Below are positions 44,206-55,640 of a DNA stretch of 64,000 bases, one piece after another. The translations under genes and the position numbers were made by a program. The stretch is from Octopus vulgaris (lineage: Eukaryota): NCBI GenBank assembly GCA_951406725.2, contig OX597833.1, positions 26,722,001 to 26,786,000 of the forward strand, written 5' to 3'. Within the stretch, counting starts at the first letter, position 1; every line of letters begins with the position of its first letter. Under the pieces are notes generated by a model. It was not told where the DNA came from. It did not search any database and was given only the letters and a program-made list of their open reading frames with translations.

Positions 44206-44247
44206 GCTACAGACGCGTTTCGGGGTATTGCCCCTTTTCAATGCAGC
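44206..44247 (-). ncRNA. Minimal hammerhead ribozyme, U3-A8 variant (copy 1)
   Basis: Reverse complement of 44820-44861. Confidence 0.8.
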
Positions 44248-44568
44248 GTCGCCAGACCAGTAGGTGTCGCTTCTGACAATCTCTGTTCAAAGGTTTTATT
44301 TACCTAGCTTCGGTGGAATACATCCACTTGTTTTCAATAATAGAAATATTAAAATTACTAAGTCTCTCTAAAAGAGAACAACGGCAGCATTCCCGGAAAA
44401 TATTAGTTATCGCCATACTAATATGGCATTCTTATAAAAATAAGAATAAAGCTGACCGCTTATTAGCTCCATGAGGCCATCGCCTTAAGTTAGCTATTTG
44501 ATACACAAACTGTATCCATATAACCTTTGAACAAGGGAGGTCAGTCGCTCCACACTACTTGGCCGGCA

Positions 44569-44610
44569 GCTACAGACGCGTTTCGGGGTATTGCCCCTTT
44601 TCAATGCAGC
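44569..44610 (-). ncRNA. Minimal hammerhead ribozyme, U3-A8 variant (copy 2)
   Basis: Reverse complement of 44820-44861. Confidence 0.8.
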
Positions 44611-44819
44611 GTAGCCAGACCAGTAGGTGTCGCTTCTGACAATCTCTGTTCAAAGGTTTTATTTACCTAGCTTCGGTGGAATACATCCACTTGTTTTAGA
44701 GAGACTTAGTAATTTTAATATTTCTATTATTGAAAACAAGTGGATGTATTCCACCGAAGCTAGGTAAATAAAACCTTTGAACAGAGATTGTCAGAAGCGA
44801 CACCTACTGGTCTGGCTAC

Positions 44820-44861
44820 GCTGCATTGAAAAGGGGCAATACCCCGAAACGCGTCTGTAGC
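44820..44861 (+). ncRNA. Minimal hammerhead ribozyme, U3-A8 variant (copy 3)
   Basis: GCTGCA-TTGAAAA-GGGG[CAATA]CCCC-GAAA-C[GC]G-TC-TGTAGC. Confidence 0.8.
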
Positions 44862-45026
44862 TGCCGGCCAAGTAGTGTGGAGCGACTGACCTCCCTTGTT
44901 CAAAGGTTATATGGATACAGTTTGTGTATCAAATAGCTAACTTAAGGCGATGGCCTCATGGAGCTAATAAGCGGTCAGCTTTATTCTTATTTTTATAAGA
45001 ATGCCATATTAGTTTGGCGATAACTA

Positions 45027-45060
<34 letters not shown>

Positions 45061-46024
45061 TGCTTGGACACTGGCTTTTCTTATTAGGTTTTCCCCTTAT
45101 CTTAAAAAATCTTAATCGATGAACTTTTCTCTTACCTTATATATTATATATTTATATGTTTCCAATATATACGTATTTTTATATATTTTTACATATTTAT
45201 TTTTCCTGATGTTATAATGTTAAAAATATTTTTAGTCGCTGAAGTATCAATTTTTAATTGCCATAATCGGTACTCACACATTTTTTTATATGCTTACCTA
45301 AATGAAATATTGTTTCATCTTCTGTGATTTTATGTATCTGTATTCTTTGTATAAGAAAAAGCATTATGTGAGTAAATGTTCGAGATGTGATATGTTAGGT
45401 GGATGACCTTAGATTTCTTGTATGTCCAACAACCAAAGTTTGTTATACTCGTCTCATTTACTTGAGCACTTCTATAGCAGTCTTATTAACCCTATTGTTC
45501 CTAATAAGAAACAATCACTATTATTATATATATGTGTGTGTGTGTGTATTGGCTGAAAGCTCACAATATCCACTTTCGATAGGGAAATACAAGATTTCGT
45601 GTCGTCTAATATCTTATCCTTTGGTGTATAAAAAGTACAGTAGTAGATTCGAAAGACGATCATTCATGAAGTTGGACACATGCAAAAGTTCCTCATCACC
45701 TTATTATAATGTTATAACAAAGATAATATTATATCTAAGAAAATGACTGCAAACAGTCTTTTCACTGTTATAATTCAAACTTGCAGACACACTCCTTTCT
45801 TAAATTATCAGTTATATGATCTTTCATATTTTACCTGTAAAAATAACCTAATGCCACGGCATCTGTTAAACTGCGGATGGCAGTTGCCGTTTCCAATAGT
45901 TAATGCACACACAGACACACACACACACGAACTCACACGTACACACGCACGTAGTCATGTATACTTACGTATATTTATATGCATATATATATATACACAC
46001 ACATATGTATGTTTGTATATATAC

Positions 46025-46330
46025 AGGCGTATGTATGGTTGTGTGGTAAGAAGCTTGCTACGCGCAGGCGTGGGTGTGTGATGAGAAGCTTGCAAGGTGC
46101 AGACGTGGCTGTGTGGTAAGCAGCTTGCTTCACAACCACAGGGTTCTGTGGTTGTACAACTAGTGTCGGTATGTTTATGTACTCGTAACTTATCGGTTAG
46201 GCAAAAGACACCGATAGAATAAGTACTAGGCTTACAAAGGATAAGTCTTGAGGTCGATTTCTTCGACTAAAAGTGGTACTCCAGCTTGGCCACAGTCAAA
46301 TGACTGAATCAAGTAAAAGAATAAAAGAAA
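46025..46330 (+). mobile_element. SINE family A with three stacked 5' heads and an internal deletion
   Basis: Three successive TGG.TGTGTG.T.AG.AGCTTGC units precede the SINE 3' half. Confidence 0.8.
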
Positions 46331-46392
46331 ATATGTGCGTGTCTGCCCGCGCACGTGTATACATACGCATATATATTTACATACATATATAT

Positions 46393-46566
46393 AGTTAATC
46401 CAAACATGAAAACACCAAGAGAAAACACAACAACGCGAGGACGTGGAACAAATATAGTATTATTGGACGCCCAGGAAAGAAGGGAAGAAGGAAGGTTTTA
46501 CGTTTCGAGCGGAGCTCTTCGTCAGAAATATAGGAAAAGGAAAGATCCAGAGAAGGGAAGACGGAT
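46393..46566 (-). mobile_element. Short PLE-derived element with ultra-minimal hammerhead
   Basis: Minus strand TTT-CTGACGA-A-GAG[CTCCG]CTC-GAAA-CG-TA-AAA at 46496-46529; flanked by TA-rich repeats. A second copy lies at 63255-63430. Confidence 0.75.
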
Positions 46567-47025
46567 ACATATATATCACTGCCTTAAAGCACCGGGTGTC
46601 AAAACACTCGGTGCCTTCAAATAATAATCTCTACAGTATTAAACCGTACCCGTCCGGTGATTAAGCGAAGCGCATACATGTGAATACGTGTTCGATAATG
46701 CGTACAGCACTTGCTCTGATTCTACTTCATATTTGAATCTTATCCTACGTATGCATCATTTGGGTATACCAGAAGATGGGTTTCTTGTTAATATTTAGCA
46801 TACCGTCATGGACAAACTATTCAATTTCCTTCTGGTTCTGTTCAGGTACGTGATGTTGATACGCCACAGAAATAGCGTTACACGATGTCCATTGCTCCTG
46901 AATGGCGCTTGGGGTAAGTTGTCTCGCCTCGCCATGGCTTTCAGGTGTTTCGTCACCTGGAGCTTTGAGAGAATAATCTCCATCGCATGAAATTGCAATT
47001 AACAGGCGAACAAGCAGAGCACGCA

Positions 47026-47167
47026 GTAGTTGTGCTGACAAGTAATATTCGTAGCCACTTTAACATGGCTGTCTGTTTGAGCGGACTCTACTACTGTTTT
47101 TTATCCCCAAGAGGACATCGTTGACCAGTTCTAGGAGATGTAGTACGAAACGATTGTACCAAATTAC
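47026..47167 (+). ncRNA. Degenerate hammerhead-like motif with ~105-nt stem II
   Basis: GTAGTTGTG-CTGACAA-GTAATA...TAGTAC-GAAA-C[GATT]G-TA-CCAAATTAC. Confidence 0.4.
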
Positions 47168-47193
47168 CGGAGTCATTCTTGTTGCTTATTTTG

Positions 47194-47263
<70 letters not shown>

Positions 47264-47277
47264 TATATATATATAAT

Positions 47278-47379
<102 letters not shown>

Positions 47380-47795
47380 CGCGCTTCCCATCTACATGGT
47401 TTCGGGATCAGTCTCACTTCATAGTATTTTAGAATGTCTCCCGCTCTAGTCACGGGCCGATCAAAGCCTTGTCAGTTGCATTGGTTGGCAGAAACTGGAA
47501 AAAGCCAGTTGTGTGTGTGTACATGTGCGTGTGCGTGCGTGCGTGTGTGTGTGTGTGTGTGTCTACGTGTGTGTCTGTGTCGCTATCTATGTTTTTGTTT
47601 GTACTCCACCACCGCTGGACAATCGGTGTTGGTATGCTTGCGTTCCTGCAACTTAATTGATCGGCAAAATAAACCGATAGAATAAGTACCAGACTATTAA
47701 AAAGTTTCCTTGTGTCGACTAAAAATTTTTCAAGAAGGCGCCCCAGCATGGCCACATTCAAACGACTGAAGCAAGTGAATGATAAAAGATATAAA
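47380..47795 (+). mobile_element. SINE family A (diverged)
   Basis: Colinear with the family A consensus. Confidence 0.75.
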
Positions 47796-48146
47796 ATATT
47801 TGAATAAAACGCGTATACATTTTAATATAGGATATAAATATTTCCATTATAAAAAGTTTTAAAAATTACGTTTTCAAAGGAAAAATATAAAAATTTTACA
47901 GCAAAAATATGACTATTTTTTATCACTATGTGAATTTTACAGAAAAAAAAAAAAAATAGAGAATAAAATTTTAGTGAAAAGTTTCGTATAAAAATTTTGT
48001 GCGTCTGTTTACCAAATATGTTTCGTAGAAAATGGACAAACACATTTTACTGGCCGGTTTACGCTGTCATTAACCTGCAAAGTTTAAATATGTTCTGCAA
48101 TGTAATATATATACAGATATAAATACACACATGCACAAACATAGAT

Positions 48147-48264
<118 letters not shown>

Positions 48265-48331
48265 GTTCAATACTTTTCTCGCTGGATTGCGTGTTCGTTT
48301 CTCTTTTAGTCATCTGCAATTTTATTATTGA

Positions 48332-48714
48332 CTAGCAGTATCGCCCGGCGTTGCTCAGGTTTGTAAGGGAAATAACTATAAAGCATTTTTAGAGAGTTAT
48401 AGCGAAAAAATAGCAAAGAAATGGAAAAAAATGATGGTAAATTTTTTTTGAGAGTTAAAAAGGTCGAGTTGCGTCCCCTAGACAGTCTGTGGTTTGTGTT
48501 TCTGATTCTCGACCCCATGTCGAATTTATCGATTTTTTTCAGAACTGGGGGAACTTTTCAAAATTTTCGCTGCGTTAGTTTTGAATTATGACATTGGGCT
48601 ATGTGTGTGTCAAGTTTCATCAGAATCGGTTGAAAGCCGTGGTCAGGGTGAGGGTACAACCAAACAGACACACAGAAACACACACAGACAAACTGCCGTT
48701 TATATAGAGAGAGA
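48332..48714 (-). mobile_element. Non-autonomous Helitron
   Basis: The minus strand begins TCTCTCTCTATATAAACGG and ends in the hairpin CCTGAGC-AAC-GCCGGG followed by ...CTAG. Inserted between A48331 and T48715 with no TSD. Confidence 0.85.
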
Positions 48715-49579
48715 TTTTCTATATAAATGAAGATTTTTCCTCCGTCTGGCTGTTTTTCTCTCTACAAAACAGTAAGTTACATCGTGGAAAATCCCTTTTA
48801 ACGAATTGTTTTTATTTATTTATCACCCGACGAAATACATCTGCACCACCAGATGCCCCTGGACCAGCTGTTGTGTGTCACACAAAGAATCTGCTACTTT
48901 CACCGAAGCTATTTTCTGGTGGTCAAATTAAATTAATCCATTATTTTTTTCGTTATTCACCACACTTTTCGCTGGGCCTCAAACCCAGTTTCTCCTTCAA
49001 GATATCCCTACTACGCATCACCTCTCTAACTGCTGTTTTCTGTTGTTGTAATTAAAAGGCAGCTGAACTGTGCATTTCTCCAGCATTTCCCCGCTCCTCC
49101 AATCTTTCTCCCAACCCGAAACCATTTCACTTATTGCCTATCCTTCATTCTTAATATTATCCTCGCCACCAACATTTTACATTGATCACAACAGTGAGCC
49201 ACTAAATTTTCGCTCGTCCGCGAACGTACGTGTCTCCCTCCACTACAGCCCGCCTCCCACCGCCACAAAAATACCCTCACAATTTACGCAGCCACACATC
49301 CTCTCTATTCCTCTCTCACATCTCTCTCATGCTTTCTTTTACTACTGGACCATTATTATCATTCTACTGTTGGTACGAGAAAGGGCTTCCAGGTATAGAA
49401 ATCATGCCAAAGCAAGACATTGAAGGACGATACAGTCATTCAACACGTTAGATCCTACAAAATAGTCCGGCCCATGCCTTCTTAGATACGTACATTTGAT
49501 TGTGGAAATGTCATTTCATATAAACACATATAGGGACATTCTTACGCACACACAGACACACAAATATATATATATATAC

Positions 49580-49719
<140 letters not shown>

Positions 49720-49720
49720 C

Positions 49721-49994
49721 GCGAGAAAGAAGCAACAAGAATGGATAGGTTTTTAGTACAATCGTTTCATACAAGGACAGGCTTTATTAAAAGTTGCAAA
49801 AATTACAGCATATAAACGTGTCCTGTATGAAACGATTGTACTAAAAACCTATCCATTCTTGTTGCTTCTTTCTCGCTTATAATCACCCCACATTATTGTA
49901 TTGTTAAAACAGTATAGTTTTTTTGGTGCATCTAAGTTAGGTACCATATTCAAGTAAATTCATTTAAATTAACTTGAATCTTTATTGCTTTTTG
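49721..49994. mobile_element. 58-bp-arm inverted repeat with the 3' half of a hammerhead and a one-sided tail, in (TA)n
   Basis: Arms 49721-49779 and 49819-49876; GAAACGATTGTA at 49829-49840. Confidence 0.75.
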
Positions 49995-50124
49995 TATATA
50001 TATATATATATATCAATTCTTTTCATCGTGCTATAAATGTGAATTTACTCTTTAACTTGTTAAGTTCAAAGTGAGATGAAATATATTTTCCTGCCGTTTG
50101 TTCTGCTTGCTGATATTTGTTTTG

Positions 50125-50228
<104 letters not shown>

Positions 50229-50235
50229 TATATAT

Positions 50236-50270
<35 letters not shown>

Positions 50271-52284
50271 ATTGATGTACTATGAATGTAAATATAAAAT
50301 TAATAAATGTTTAAAGATTCAGAGTTGTTTGTGTTCTACTGTTAGGGGCAAGACCAAATTTTTCACTTCCTTTACCCTGCGTTTTTATTGGAGAAAACTT
50401 GTTTTTATTGGAAACTTAAAGCCTGACATGACTCATGCACGCACAAGCGCACGCGCGCACACGCACACGCGCACGCGTGCACACGCACACACATACACGC
50501 ATACAAGAACATACGTAAACACGAACGTACATAAATCCCTGTTCTTGAGCCAATGAGAAATGCTAAGAATAGAAGCTAAATCCCACTTGCATGGTAACAT
50601 GCACTCTTACAAAAAGAACTTCATATTTGACAATGATGTAGAGCGAGATAGTTGTAATTAGAATACCTTTGGGCATAAGATCTAATCAGCATAGCTTGAT
50701 TAAAGTTTAATAACAACAATAGCCAACTGCGTTTTTAGGCAGGTGTATTGCAGAGGGGCAGTTCAAGGTCGTGTTCTATTGTTAGTATGGTTGGTGTTGA
50801 TGTTTATCTCCAGGTCAGTTCTAATCAGGGAGAACTGCAATCAAATTATCTCAGCATGACTAACACATCTTAATTTAGAATAATATATTCACAACTACAT
50901 CGTCCAGTGTGAATTTGCTTTATTAAGATTGGGTTAAGCGGGTTTAGGGGAATTCTGTTTCTATTTCTGGCACTCCCAGTAACTCCATAGAGGCTAACTC
51001 GGGTGGTAAACAACAACTTCTGGATATATGCTTGGAAGAAATATTTATCTACGTCGTCATATGCTGTCCTGACTTAGTCAAAAGAGAAAGCAAACTTCAT
51101 GACAGAGTTTTTTACACTGTTGATTTATATCTGTACTAAGAAATGCCGAGAGAACAAAATATAATGTAAACATCAAATACACTGCAGAAAAGGAAACAAG
51201 AACAAAATCAATAAACATGTGTGTAAAGTTAATATATTATGCCGCGTAAGAAGGGAAAACCTAAAGGAGTTTCGGACAATTGTCATTTGTCAAAATTGCT
51301 GATCAAGAAGTAAAAGAAATGTTTTTGGAAAGAAATAACGTAACGTGGAATTGTAAAAGACAAAGCGTGCTCGAATGGTTGATAATAGACGAATACATTT
51401 AGTGCTTTCTAAAAGGTAGTGCAAATGGACATTAAGTAAAATACACGTTGAAGCAGTATAATGAAGTATGCATGAGAGTGCGAGCGTATCAAATATATGA
51501 GAGATATTGTGTGGGCATATGTGAGTATAATGTACGTAGAGGTGATGTGATGGAGTGTGCATGTATTTGTGAAAGTATGCAGTCAAATATATGAAAGAAG
51601 TTCTGTGTGAATGTGTGTGAAGAAGCATGTGTGAGTGTGATTATGAGAAATGAAGCGTATGAGATTTTGTGGATGTGAATAAAATATATTCACATCCACA
51701 AATGTAGGAAAAATGAAGGTTTGTTATTGGTAGTACCAGATAGAGCTACCTATGTTTAAACGGAGTAACTATTGTCGAGAAACAGGAGTATCGGGTATTT
51801 TAGAAACCTGCAAACATGGAGCTGTCAGAATGTGTAATTAGAAAAATTGAAGTGGTTACCTCTGTGTCAATCGGCTGCCTCTGTTAAAATTCAGTTATGA
51901 TTTGGATTATTTGACCGTTTGGGTTATAATTTAGGAATTTGAAGTCAGTTTAGCTCATGACGGAAAAACCAAATATTATCTTGAGGAGAGTGAATGAGAA
52001 CTGAATCTTTGAAATTTGAAATCAAAAAAGGCATTAATATATGTGTCATGTTCTCATACATTAGTTATCACAAGCAGCCAAGAAGCTGAACAATATACTA
52101 AGAATCAAAAAATCTATTTGCTATTTCAAGCAAATTTGCAAGCTCCATCGCTCACTTAGCAAAATATTTGGTAATCACCAAACCGGCTCTGCTGTTTGAA
52201 GTAGTGACATGTACCTACATTGTCATAGGTATTTGCAGCAAAACTAATCTGCCAGTTGTATTAAATTATTTTAATACAGATCAA

Positions 52285-54028
52285 CGCAGGAATGGCTGTG
52301 TGGTAAGAAGCTTGCTTCCCAAAAGCCTACTTCTCACTGCGCATGTGCCGTTGTCAGTGTGTGCATGCGTTGTTGTCAGCGTTGTGCGTATAATCGAAAG
52401 AAGTAGCCAAGCTCTGTACAGCCGGTGAAAAAAGAAGCTGAGCTGTAAGTTAAGACTTTTGTTTTCTGGGTCCAGTGGGGGTTTGTTGTTTGCGGTAATT
52501 ATTTTTGTACAAGCAAGAAATTCTCACTGGGTTCTATACCCTGGTCTGCCTGCAATTGCACGAAAATGGTTTCCGTTAAGTGAATATTTTTTCTCACTTA
52601 ATTGTGAGAATTGTTGCTTGGGGGCGTATTGCGCCTTCTAAAATTTTTTCACTTTTTGTGAATTTTTAAAATAATTGTGAGAATTGCTGTTTTGGGGGAG
52701 TGTCTCGCCTCCGAAGATTGAACAACTTGTATACCAATTTTTGTGGAAGTTGTGTTCCGGTTGTAATGTTCCGGGTTCTACCTTGGCCGGGAGTACCTAG
52801 TTGCCGGAAGATTGTTTTGCTGTGTTTTTGAACTATTCACTATCTTTCCTCTAAACTTTTTTGACTTTCTTTTTTCGTGAATTGCTTTCTTTTTCTTCCT
52901 TCCATTTTATTGTGACTTTCTTTTGATTTCTTTCTTTTTCTTCTTTCTTTTAAAGTTTTATTTTGAACTATTTTTGAAGTGTTATTACAAAAAAAACATG
53001 GCAATGAAAAAAGACAATATTTTGGAGTTGGAAATTATACCACCCAAACAGTGGTTGAAAGACCTTGAAGAGAGGATGGTGGTGTTAAGGACCTTTTCAA
53101 ATAGTGAAACTCGTCGGTGGGGGTTGTAACACTGACAGGGGCAGAGATACTGTCGGTGGGAATTGTGCCGCCGACAGTAGAAGTGATTACCTCGTCCCCG
53201 GAGAAAGACGAATTATTGGTCTTCTTCAGTAGAGTCGGAGAGGCGGAGAAGCTATTGGAAAAGCACCATAAGGGAGTACCTTTATCCTGCACCAGGATCC
53301 CGAACGGCCTCCGCAGAAAGCTGTGGAGGTCATAATGTTGCCCGTGTTGCGTAGGCTGCAAGTACTCAACGAAGAATATCGCTTGTGGCCAGGCGACGCC
53401 GACACGGCACCCGCTTTGTTACTGAATGAGGCGTGGGTGATGGCGGAGGATAGAGTCACAAGCGATATTGGGGAGGAATATGGATAAGAGGTTGAAAAGC
53501 CTCAATGTCATTGAAAGTTCCTAGTTTGGAAAAAAGGTAAGAGGCTTAGTGCCTCATTTTGTTATTGAATTGTGAACAATGTAAGAGATTTGTTGCCTCA
53601 TGAATGATATAAGAGATCAATGTTCTCGGGAAAGAACGATTGGCGGACGTCGCTTTTTCCCCCATTAATCATCATTTTCATTTTTCATTTCATATAACAT
53701 TATGTCTGTGTCCACCTCGCAGTTTCCTATCTCTATGTAAGGCCTTTATGTCCAATATAATGAAATACAGAAGCTTGCTTCCCAACCACATGGTTCCGGA
53801 TTCAGTCCTACTGCCTGATACCTTGGGCAAGTATCTTCTATTATATCCTTGGGCCGACCAAAGCCTTGCGAGTGGATTTTGTAGGCGAAAACTGAAAGAC
53901 GCCCATCGCGTATATATTTGTGTGTGTGTCTGTGTTTTTCCCCCACCATCGTCTGATGTTGGTGCGTTTACGTCCCCGGTTCGGCAAAAGTGTCCGATAG
54001 AATAAGCACTAGGCTTACAAAGAATAAG
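52285..54028 (+). mobile_element. SINE family A split by an insertion
   Basis: Head at 52285-52322; the remainder resumes at 53769-54028. Confidence 0.85.
52323..53768 (+). mobile_element. 1446-bp insert with 17-bp TSD, probable internally deleted L1/Tx1-like retroelement
   Basis: TSD AGAAGCTTGCTTCCCAA at 52306-52322 and 53769-53785. The insert has a UTR-like 5' part with a ~73-bp duplication, a T-rich tract, broken ORF fragments from ATG 52998, and an AT-rich 3' end AATATAATGAAATAC. Confidence 0.7.
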
Positions 54029-55182
54029 TTTTTTAAAGAAAGAAAAGAAGCTATGTGTGTTAGCCAGACTTTCACTTATTGTCTAGCCATAGAAAACTGA
54101 AAAATATTTGCAGGGTTAATTTGACTAAACTATGGTCATGATTCTAAACAGAACAAATTTGAAACCCTTTACATTGATTTAAAATATTTAATATCGATTA
54201 TGAATATTTCATAACGTAAAAGGAAGCTACTTTGAAATACGTTAATAATTTTTCGGTCTATTGATCTCATCGTCAGAGATGAAAAACATTTGCTACATTC
54301 AAATATATAATTCGTTTTGATCTTCTGTTGTCATCAGTTATCTTATCACATCTAGTTAACTAGATTCGAACGACGGTCATTCCTCTAATTGAGAACGTAA
54401 TATACGGTTGTTATGTCAGTAAGTGACTGTAGATATACTGTATTGAATAATTTATTATGAATCTGTAAGAGAATTCCCTGCTTGGCAAAGAAGCAGGCGT
54501 TGATAATTATAACTATTAAAAACTTATATACGGAAACTAAATTTAGAGCAACCCCTTATACAGCAATAATAATATATAAGTTATATAAAAACTATCAGAA
54601 AGAGATTAAAAACAAGGAATAACAAGTTGAGTGCGAGGGAAGTGAGAGATTAAAGTATCAACTGAGAAATCTCTCGCAGTAAAGTACTAAAGAGCCTCAC
54701 CAGTACGCCAGATTTCATCGATACTTTGGCCATTTAAGTACTTCGTCTGACTGTCCGGTACAGCAGCAAGATATAATATTCTTTCCTATCCCGATGTTGC
54801 TTACTAATTTCTGTGCTATCCAACACGAAACCACCACAGCTGCACCTCAAACACATTTCTGCCTTACATCCAACAACACTGAATGCACCTCCTGGGAAAC
54901 CTTTAAACCTGAATTCTACTATCCGTTCAATTTCCTTTCATTCAACCAACCAATTTGATATTTTGATCTCTATAATTGCTCTTTTGCACTCCCTTGCGAG
55001 TAACCAGTGCTAGATTTCGGAGTACCTGATTATAAATCCAAGTATATGTCCCACGGCAAGACGACACGTTACTTAACTTCGTGGAAGAAGTAATATTCGG
55101 TAATGAACAGTGAAGGAATTGAGAAGTTATGCTTTGTATATTGAAGTAAATGTGGAACAATTTCAAAATGAAATGATAAAAA

Positions 55183-55242
55183 AGATTAGAGAGGTTTAGA
55201 CACAAAACTCTAAAGAGTTTTGTGTCTAAACCTCTCTAATCT
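55183..55242. repeat. Perfect 29-bp-arm palindrome
   Basis: AGATTAGAGAGGTTTAGACACAAAACTCT-AA-AGAGTTTTGTGTCTAAACCTCTCTAATCT. Confidence 0.95.
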
Positions 55243-55429
55243 AAGCAGAGTTTTAACGTCTTACCTATCGCAAAATATCAAATATGGTTAAGTTGTTATT
55301 TAAACCCTAGGACATCTGTTCCAGTCATTATAAGCTAAGGGAAGAAGTAATAGAAACAAGAAAGAAGGACTGACAATAGATTTGAGTAGATCATATGTGG
55401 GTGGGGACAAGAAACAGAACAATTTGCTG

Positions 55430-55640
55430 AATATTCTTTTTTTTTCTAGGCACAAGGCCCGGATTGTTTGGGGGGGGGCAGTAGATTAGATCGACCCCAG
55501 AGCGCAACTGGTACTTAATTTATCGACCCCGAAAGAATGAAAGGCAAAGTCGACCTTTCCTTTTGATTACCCGAATAGGGTAAACAAATTCCTCGGCGGA
55601 ATTTGAACTCAGAACGTAAATACAGATGAAATACCGCATA
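55430..55640 (-). mobile_element. SINE family B with ~34-nt insertion
   Basis: CTGGTACTTAATTTATCGACCCCGAAAGAATGAAAGGCAAAGTCGACCT...CGGCGGAATTTGAACTC. Confidence 0.85.

Larger units (their letters stand above)
43891..45124. mobile_element. Tandem-plus-inverted hammerhead element (retrozyme/PLE pseudo-LTR-like) in (TA)n
   Basis: The block at about 44039-44335 is repeated at about 44402-44698 (period 363), then inverted at about 44695-45124. The copies are nearly identical. Confidence 0.9.
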
